A stretch of 64,000 nucleotides of DNA from assembly GCF_009914755.1 (NCBI RefSeq), contig NC_060933.1; one strand, given 5' to 3'. Made by a program: the position numbers and the translations under genes. The notes below the pieces were generated by a model, which was not told where the DNA came from, made no database searches, and was given only the letters and a program-made list of their open reading frames with translations. Below are positions 54,961 to 64,000 of the stretch, piece by piece (within the stretch, counting starts at the first letter, position 1; the number at the start of each line of letters is the position of its first letter). This DNA is from the human T2T-CHM13v2.0 reference genome, Homo sapiens.

Positions 54961-57399
54961 CCAAGCGGGGTGGTCAGAGCACACAGGTGATGCCCTCAGG
55001 CCTATGATACCATGTGCTTTATGCATGTTCCTGAGCTCCCTGCCACAGGGAAAGAGGGGGCTGTGTGCCTCAGAATGCCAGGATCTTTACAGCAGGAATT
55101 GTAGACTCTGTAACGGGCTGATCCAACGGGGCTCCTAGAGTCATTCTGCAAGGATGGAGCCTGAAGCCTCAGAGGGAAAGCAGCTTGATCAGGCTGTTGC
55201 TCAGAAACTCTGTTCCTGTGTGGGTCACTGCCATGGAGAGCAGAGGAGTGCACGGCCTTGTGCCAAAGGCCTCCTTGCACAGCCGGCAGACTTGAGCCCT
55301 GTCTCATCTCAGCACTAACTTTGTGTGTTGCCATCAACAAACTTATTATGTCTGTGGCCAGAATAAGCCTTTGGGCCTTGGGTTTTTTTAATCTCTGAAA
55401 AATACCAGTAATAGATACTTACATTTGAAGAGCAGTTTATCATTCAGGATGCTTCTGAGACTTTCTTGGATTCCCATAAAGTCCCCGTGAGACTTGCTAT
55501 GTGGAGAGGGTCATCCCAGTGTTGGTGGAGTCGAGGGGGGAAAACAAAGGCCGAGAGAGGGGAGGTATAGTCTCCAAGATTGTGGAGGCCGAGGGTTACA
55601 GAGCTGGGCTTCAGAGGTGGATTTGCCTCACTCCAGACTCAAGGCTGGTTCCATTACAGTGAATAACCAGCTGTGGTCCCCAAACTCTGCCTCACACAGG
55701 AAGCCAGCAGTGATATTAGAAATGGACTCTGGGTGCCTATTGCAACATTGAATGTGTCGGTTCATTCTGTGGCTTAAAAAAAAAAATTGGAAATTATGAG
55801 ACAAGCAATCACCTGGTGGGACTCAGGGGCCTCTGAGGCCCTCGGCTCAGAAAGAGAGACAGAGAGCAGGAGAGTAGGTATACAAGTGTCCTTTGCCACC
55901 CAAGACTTCTCAGTTCCTGATTCAGGAAGGGAGAGTCCCAAGAGTGGCAGCTCAGGTCACAAGGGACACAAGTGTTTTCCGCAGACTGAGGCCTTGGGAT
56001 TTGTTTCTGGGGCTGGGGCGGACAGATGAGGGCTTGTTTAAGTGGGGCATGACTAAAGAACTCCCTGCTCCCAGCACGTGGCCACCACTGTAGGCGAGGA
56101 GTGGGTGACCCTCCACGGGGGAGAATGGGCAGCCCCAGTCCTCACAGCTCACCCCATGCACCAGTGTGGTAAATGAAGGACCATAGAGTGGCTTTTTCTT
56201 TTTGCCACTCAGTTCCTCTGTGACCTTGGACAAGGCCCTGCATCCTGCTTCTTTGGGCTGAGCTTCGCCTTCTGTGCCAGGAATGAGCAGAGGTGGCGGG
56301 CCAGGGGGCCCTTTCATTTAGGCTCTGCATACAGTGCCCAGGACGGACGCTGTCTTAGGAGCAGGGAGATAATGGGGCCTGCCTCCACCTGCCTGGGCCA
56401 GGGGAGCAACAGCCAGGTCCTTCGCTAGGCAGGTCAGGGCTGTGGCCAGGCACTGAGTCAAGACAGTACCCTCTGGTGTTACTAATTCTCGGGGGTTCTG
56501 TGAGCCTCTGGTCGGTACCAAAGGGCCCCCGCTTCCTCTTGCTGCCTAGCCCCCTTCCTGCCCTCAGGGAGAGTTGTGGATTTTGCATGATCTCTGAGTC
56601 TCATTCATGAGAATGAGGCCAGGTTGAAGTGTGGAAGTGTGGCCAGGTTCAGGGGCTGGCCACCACTGCTAAGGGTTCAGGGGAGGGTGAAGGAGGCCAA
56701 CTGATGCTCTCCCAAGACCACCAGAGGTGGAAACTGCTGGAGAGCCAGCCCCCGGTTCTCAGTGACTCCAGCTTCTACGGACTTTTCAGGTGAGGGAGGC
56801 AGGGGGCCTGGGTAATGGTGATGCAGGGTTCCCCAGACAGCATCCAGGAACTGCTACACTTATTTCAATTAAAGCGTCAGGTGTCCCATGAGAGCAACAG
56901 TTCCCAGTCAGTGCCCACAAGGCACCACAGAGCCCCTTGCCCTAAAACCTTGGAGGGACTATCAGGCCCCTCTGCCTCCCCCCCAGCCCCGGCATGTCCC
57001 TGCCTGTCTACTTCCTATTGTAACTTCCAAGCCAGCCTTCCTTTAAAGGAAAAGGAGCTTAGAAACCAACATTCTAGAAGATGCACTTGGGCCTGGGTTA
57101 ACCAATTCAGATGCCCTAAGAGCCAGTCAGTCCAGAGACTGGGCTGGTCAAGGGTTATGGGTGACCTACACAGTGGGCTGGTTGGTGGCCTCCAGATAAC
57201 TAAGCGTGAGCTGACAGAAGGTTCCAGACTCCTGGACTTTCTCTGGCTCTGAGTTAAGTGAGAATCCTTGTTCTCTGTGGCACAAGAAGAGGTTGGACAG
57301 AGACAGTCCCAACCCTGGAATGTGGGGCTGGTGGCCCGAGAGGCCACTCACTCTGCCGGCTGGGAGGGCCCTCGGGGACTGAGAGCGTGACCCTCTCAG

Positions 57400-57639
57400 G
57401 TACTGCCCCCGGGTGGGAGCCACCGGATGATCCAGACACGGGCTCTGAGTGTTCACATCCAGAGGTCTCCCCATCTCCACGCTTCGTGGCAGCGAAGACC
57501 CAGACGAACCAGTCGGGGAAAAAAGCTCCGGCCTCCGTGGTCCGATGTGCCACCCTCTTACACCGCACCCCTCCAGCCACCCAAACCCAGACGTTCCGCA
57601 CTCCAAATTCGGGATCTCCGGCGAGCAAGGCAACCGCAG
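57400..57639 (+). CDS. ZNF618: ZNF618 240-nt cassette exon, Ser/Thr/Pro-rich (STAPGWEPPDDPD...PASKATA)
   Basis: accctctcag|G ... GCAG|gtacca; open phase 1-1 within ORF 57258..57755; peptide recognised from the long human isoform. Confidence 0.85.
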
Positions 57640-57859
57640 GTACCAATGGCCTATGTGACCCCCACACTTTCTCCCCCACTGCCCTTCTCACCACCTGCCA
57701 CAGCTGTGCCTGGGGTTGTTGTTGCCTTGCAAGAGCAAGAGTGGCAGTCCCGTAGTGATCTGGGACAAATCTGAGTCCCAGCTCTGCCTCTGGCTGGCTC
57801 TGTGACCATGACAAGCCACCTCACATTTCTGAGCCAAGTCTTCTCACCTTAAATCAGAG

Positions 57860-58170
57860 GGTTGTACAAGGAGGTTTGCAAACTTTTTTTTTTAAGTAGT
57901 AGAATATTTTTTCCCAAATCATGGCCTGAGGGGCCTGTTTTGACATTCTTCACAAGGTTTAAAAAATTTTTTAGTTAATTGCCAGCTTCTGAACATCAAA
58001 TTTTATGTAAAACTTTTGATTTCTACCTGACATTGAAAAGTCAAACCTGGCAGTCCTGGACCCACTTTCCTACAGGACAACGATTGGCTGCCTCCTTGAG
58101 TAGAGTGTGTGCTCTCCACTTTTCCACATCCTCACCACGCCTTACTGCCTCCCCAACACAATGGCCATGT
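57860..58170. mobile_element. MER102-like hAT-Charlie element
   Basis: ggtttgcaaact...aaacctggcagtcctggacccactttcc. Confidence 0.5.
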
Positions 58171-61100
58171 GGCAGGTGTCATTTCTCATTGTGATCACAC
58201 TGTTGTCTGTCTTACATCCAACCCAGTTCATCTGTTTCTGTTGCCTGCCTGGACCCTGTTGGCATGAGTTTGCATCTCCCACCTTTCAGAAAACTTAATT
58301 TAAAAAAAAAAGTCATTTCAACAAGGATCTGCTCTGAACAAAGCAGGATAAGCCGGATGGTTGACCTAGATCTCTGGTCTCTTGCCCTCCCCCTCTGTAG
58401 CACTACCCGTGAAACTCCTCCATGAGATACAGGCCCAGCAGGAAATCAGTGGATGCCACCATTTCCTCAGTTCACACTGCAAAGGACTCTGGCTCCAGAG
58501 GGGTAAACAGACAATAAAAAGTTCCGAGAAGTTATTTCCTCCAGAAAAACTGGCCAGACACACTGTGTGCTGAGGACCAGCAGTCAGGAATTCTTAGATT
58601 CACGTTTGGATGGAACCAGCCCTGGGCCACCTGCCGGGACTTGTGGGTTGTAGGGCAGAGTGATGATGTGGTGCCTCTGGGACCGCGGGCCCTTCAGTTG
58701 TCCTCAGGAGACCAAAGCCATTTCTTAAATAAATAGATGATCAAGGTGAGAACTCAGGTAAAGGATCCACTTGGTTCATTCGGTGACTGACAACCCAGCC
58801 GAGTGATTAAGCCGTGCTTTCCTTTACTCCTCAGTTCAGGAGGCTAATTTTGGGCAAGGGCGTGATTCTTCGAAGATATGTTTATTGTGCTTAGATCTCC
58901 CAAAAGGAGAGTAGTCAGTCAGCCTTGAAGGTTTGAAGGTCATGGTTTTTCAGGTACCGTGTTGAGAAAAGCCAGTAGCCGTTGTGTTTTTCAACAGTAG
59001 CATAAATTAGTTAGAAGCAAATTGGTCATCACGGTCTCATTGGTGATAGATATCGGCTCCACTAAATCATGGAATCGTGGCTTTCAAATCTTGCTTTCTC
59101 TCTTGCACTTTGTGGCTGGGAGTTTTTATGCCTGCGGTTTCTGCAGAGGGCGGCCCACAGGGTGTGGTACGTGGCCGGTCTCCAGCTTCAGTGTCTCTGA
59201 GTAGGCATTCAGCAAGCTATGGGACAGGCCTCAGGCTGCCTTCATGTGCCTTGGAAGACTTGTGGGTAGGGGTCACCTCTGGATTCACCAGCTGAGCAGG
59301 TCAGAGGGCATCCGGTTGGGAGCAGGAGCCTGCATGGGAGATAAGATAGTATGTGGTTGAGGAAGAAACTGTCAGTCACCTCCTGGTCCTGGAATAAGTG
59401 GCCCTTCATGTGTGTATGGGCACGTCCCTGTATGGGATTTCACCTCTGGTGCTGCATGTTGATTTTTCAGCCAGAGGTACTTGTGGCAAGGAAAGCTATT
59501 CAAAATGTGCATTATCAGCTGAGCAGTGTAAGAGTTTGCAGCCTCAATTGTGGTAAGTTTACCAGCATGCTGGTCAGAAGTCCTCCATAGATGAGTACCA
59601 GTCACCCAACGTACACAAGGATGAAGATGGAGTAGGCAGTCACTTCTCCACACAAGGCCTTTTTCAAAAGGAAGCACCTCCCCCTAAAGTGAAGTCTGAT
59701 TCTGCCGTCTTGGAGGGTTAGGAGTACATCCAACCCCAGTAACTTGACAATCTCACTCTTTCCTCTGTTTTTTCACCTGTGAAATGGGAATGACAGTGCA
59801 GCCCTCACAGGGCTTTTGGGAGAATTAGAGGGAACTTGGATGTAAAGTATCTGGTCCAGTGCCTGGTACATAGGAGGTGCTCAGCGAATGAGAGCCCCCC
59901 ACCCCCACCCCTTTCCCTAGACCGAGAACAGAGGGGCCTTCTGTGCCAATTTGTAGATGCTCCCTGGGACTCTCAGCCCAGGCATTTCACAGGCACATTT
60001 TGAAGGGAGGGTTGTCCTTGTAATGTTAGCTGCAGCCTCTGCAGGAAGGAGCCTGTGTCAGGAGACGTTGTTACAGTGGGATGACAGGGGTCGGGGGGAG
60101 GTGGGAATTGGGCAGGGTCTGCAGGCACTGCCTCTGGCTTCCTTTCCCATTGTCCCCATGACCATCCGCAACCCTGGCACCCACAAACTAAGCACTTGCT
60201 CTTCCGGAGCAGGGTGGACCAGGTGAGAGTGGCATTTCCCAAAGTGCATTCTCAAGATCACCAATTTTGTGAGATATTTCAGAATCTAATGTTTTAAAAA
60301 TGGGGTTCTGTGGGAACCCCTCTTATGTTTGGGGAAGGCCAGGTTAAGTAAATCTAAATGGGTCTGTTTGCGGGCAGACTTTGCGGAGCCTTTGATATCT
60401 TTGGGCAAATTGTTTCTCCTTAAGAAATGCACTGGGTCAGCTGCACATCCCAAATTGACTGGTTCCCTGAGGTCTTTATCTCTGGGATCGTCCGGCATCC
60501 CCCTCATGCCTAGAGCACCTTGGAAAAGCTGGGCTGTCTTCCAGCTCGGATCATCTGTTTCAATACCTTCTGCAGGTGGGGGTGGGGGATAAAAATTCAT
60601 GGTTTTCCACCTGGTTGGACCCTATCTCTGCATTGCAGGGTTTCCAGAGAGCACTTGGAAGAGGGTGGGCCCCTCAGGTAGATGGCAGCCTGTAAGCAGA
60701 GACACCCCAGTAGTCACTCAGGGGGAACCCATCCCTTCCGCTGGGGGAACAACTGACCAGACTTTGCCTGGGTTTGGCCTCTGGGGGTGTGGGGCTACCC
60801 CTGCTCTCCCTGTCACGCCATCTGTTGCAGGATACCCTCCCTGTCACCAGGGACCACCTAGCTGATGGAGCTGGAATCACCAGAAAACATGCTGTCATCA
60901 TCTATGCACTTCGGTGGGGCCCGTGGCAGCAGAATCTGACAGGGAGTGGTGGGCGGTAGATCCAATGATTTGCTGTCACGGTTGTGGCTCTCCAGGAGCC
61001 AAAGACGGGAGACTCAGGCCCATTTGCCATCTGCTCTCCTGCTGGATTTCATCTTTGTGTTTTTGGGCATGTCACTCCCCCGGCCCCCGTGCCTGGGCCT

Positions 61101-61311
61101 CCTGGGCCCTGCCAGGAGGGTCTCTTGGGGCCCTGCCAAGGGACTAGGCCACTCAGAGGGTCCTGGGGAGGTCTGGCTTGAGGTCCTGGAGCCCTCACGA
61201 GAGCTAGTTGGCCCAGCAGAGTCCTTGGCCTTCACCCAGCCTACCCCTCCCTTGAGACCTAGTGCTGACCAATCACCATTGTTTTCTTTCTCTCTCCTGT
61301 CCCCCACCCAG

Positions 61312-61395
61312 CAGAAAGCGCTTTCAGTCGGAGAGTAGAAGGCAAAGCACAAAACCACTTTGAAGAGACGAACAGCAGTTCGCAGAACTCCAGCG
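61312..61395 (+). CDS. ZNF618: ZNF618 exon, 84 nt (AESAFSRRVEGKAQNHFEETNSSSQNSS), CAGCAG tandem acceptor
   Basis: Long pyrimidine tract then cag|CAG; donor AGCG|gtgagt; phase 1-1. Confidence 0.93.
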
Positions 61396-61754
61396 GTGAG
61401 TGTGCCCCTTGACAGCCATCCTGTGCGGTAGCTGCCAGCTTCGCCCGCTCCCCCCTGGCAGCCGCGGCAGCATCCTGTGGGCTGGGGTCTTTGTGGTGCA
61501 TTATGGATCTTGTTGGGAGGAGGCTGGGAGCAGGGAATTAGAGGGAGACCACAGAGGCAGGAGGGGCCTTTTCTTCCAGGGACATTCCTCTGAGCCTTGG
61601 GCATCAGTGGACAATGCCTCCTCTCTGTCTCCCCCATGGAGAGAGCAACACCCCTCCCCATAGCCTGCGGCATCAACTCAGCTGACCCCAGATGATTGGG
61701 CCTGAGAGAGCCACTGCTATGTTTTTAGGGTAGATGTCTCAGCCAGTTTCTTTA

Positions 61755-62056
<302 letters not shown>

Positions 62057-62092
<36 letters not shown>
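62057..62092 (+). repeat. (AG)18 microsatellite at the Alu tail
   Basis: Direct reading. Confidence 0.95.
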
Positions 62093-62094
<2 letters not shown>

Positions 62095-63098
62095 GTGAGA
62101 GCCAGAGGCTCCAAGTTCTGGTCTCATTTTGGCCCTGGAGCCACTGGAACGAAGATTCCCTTCCAGCCCCTACCTGCTCAAGTGGGTTTAAACTGAGGCT
62201 CTAGGTGGTCTCTGGCGCCCCCTGACGCCTGCCTCTTCCAGGACCGCGGCAGAGCCCTAGAATGTCCAGAGCAGCAGCCAAGGGGCCTCTCCCACCAGAC
62301 CCGGGGTCAGCCTGGGGGGTGCCTGGCTGGTCACCAGCAGCCTCTGTCCGAGCAGGGCACAGCAAGCTGTTCTGTACCCTGAGAGGCAGGGCAGGAGGGG
62401 AGAGGAATTCTCACATTGTGGTTACATTAGGGGAAGGCACCCACTCACTTTCTTGCATGGTTGAAATTTAATTCACTACATATTAGGTGTCAGCCTGTAC
62501 CAGGCACTGGGCTGGGCACTGCCTGGGTGTGGACAGGTGACGAACACATCACAACTGTCGGGGACCCTCTGAGACAGCCAGGAGCGCAGACTTGAGTGTG
62601 GAGGCATCTGCCTAGTAACAGGAGCTCCACTTCGGGCTGTTACTCACATATGAACCCCAGCTCCACCACTTACTAGCTGGTGACTTAGGCTAGTCTCTGA
62701 ATTCCTCCTCTGCTGTAAAGTGGCTTGATGAACACACACAGCCCCGTGGTGGTTGTGAACATTCAGTGAGTCCCTGGCACAGATTACATACTCAGGTGTT
62801 AGGGTTTTTTGGTGGTGATAGTTGGTCATTTTTATTTTTTAAGTAAACCAAGTGATTTGATGACTGCTTTGCGGAAGGGAATGAGGTTTTGAACAACGTA
62901 ATCCACCCAACCTCTCCAAGAGGTGGGCCTGAAAGGGATGGAGTGACTTGCCCAAGGCCACACAGGAATAAGTAGTAGCGCCGGGCTGGAACCGAGGTCG
63001 CCAGATGTGCCCTGTGCTCCCAGCCAAGCCATGCTGCACCCCCATGCGTCCCCTGCCCCCAGAGCTAATATTCACAATCGGGAACGATAGCGCAAGCA

Positions 63099-63119
63099 CT
63101 GCTGCTGCTGCTGCTGCTG
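63099..63119 (+). repeat. (CTG)7 trinucleotide repeat
   Basis: Direct reading. Confidence 0.9.
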
Positions 63120-63129
63120 TTGGCAGCCA

Positions 63130-63350
63130 CCATTGATTGAGCGCTTACTGTGTGCCTGGCATGTGTTCAGAGCTTTATATGTCTTATCTGTCTTCCTCCT
63201 TTCCACAGCCCCATGGGGGTCAATGTTATTGTTATCCCCACTTTTTGGAGTGGGAAACTGAGGCTCAGGAGAGGTGGATTGCTGCCCTAGGTCCCCCAGA
63301 TTATAAGTGGTGGAGCCAGGATTCCCCATCTAGACCATCTGGCCCCGCTG
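63130..63350 (-). mobile_element. MIR SINE
   Basis: ttgattgagcgcttactgtgtgcctggcatg...gggaaactgaggctcaggagagg. Confidence 0.8.
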
Positions 63351-63858
63351 TGCTGCCTGCTGCGTTTGAGGCTTGCCAACCTCTGGCAGTGCCAGGAAGT
63401 GAGGGAGAGATGCCAGCCAGCAGGAGCCCTCCAAAGCACAGCCGCTCTTGGTGGCTGCTCTGGTGTTTGGTACCAAACATCCCCACCCTGGTGCCAGAAC
63501 CTAGAAGTAGCTGCCAGCTCCCTGTCCTGAAGTGAGCTGCCATGCAAGGATGTCTTCTCACCAGTACTCATGTGTCCTCACTCTTTCAGAGTGTAGGGTG
63601 TCCCGGAGGGATGGCAGTGACTTGTCTTGCCCTGCCTGGTGGCCCCAGCACCCACAGTAAACCTTGATCCTCTGAAAGGCATGGCCTCTGTGTCAAGCCT
63701 CCCTGCAACCCCACCCCAGATTGTGAGCCTTCCTCTCGGATGCTCCCCACTCCTCTGAAAGCCCCATCTGGCTCACTGGTTATTAAGAATAAAAATTATG
63801 ACTATCAGCACAGAACAGCAGAACTAGAAGAGATGGCTAAACTGTTTCTCTTTTGCAG

Positions 63859-63903
63859 AAACTGCAAGTCCCCTGATTTCCAACCCTTTCCCTCTCCTAC
63901 AGA
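63859..63903 (+). CDS. ZNF618: ZNF618 45-nt exon (ETASPLISNPFPLLQ)
   Basis: ctaaactgtttctcttttgcag|A ... CAGA|gtaagt; phase 1-1. Confidence 0.87.
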
Positions 63904-64000
63904 GTAAGTGATGGTCCCGTTGGGGGGCTGGAGAGGGCAAGGCAGGGCAGGGAAGGAACTCAGCCAGCCACGTGCTCCTGGAGCCTCCAGGCTGTGTGAG

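Overview
Primate (almost certainly human) genomic DNA lying entirely inside the + strand gene ZNF618. The gene was recognised from its translated exons; its first exons and its C-terminal hAT-transposase-derived exon lie outside the window. Twelve internal coding exons were reconstructed by hand from GT/AG boundaries. They encode the N-terminal region, three atypical C2H2 fingers (CxxCGK[KQ]YKYYxx[FY]QxHxxxH) and their linkers. The eleven exons after the first are all phase 1-1 with lengths divisible by 3, with each finger and each linker on its own exon, so finger spacing could be tuned by splicing. The introns hold the usual mammalian repeats (Alu/FLAM, MIR, L2, old L1, MLT1 LTRs, Tigger and hAT-Charlie DNA transposons). 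They also hold a 35-bp G-rich VNTR, an unexplained 51-bp direct repeat, a fossil hAT transposase C-terminus and a stop-free in-frame 552-nt intron. Almost all ORFs in the supplied track are intronic noise. Repeat subfamily names and boundaries come from recalled consensus similarity and are approximate. No bacterial-type system, CRISPR array or RNA gene is supported.
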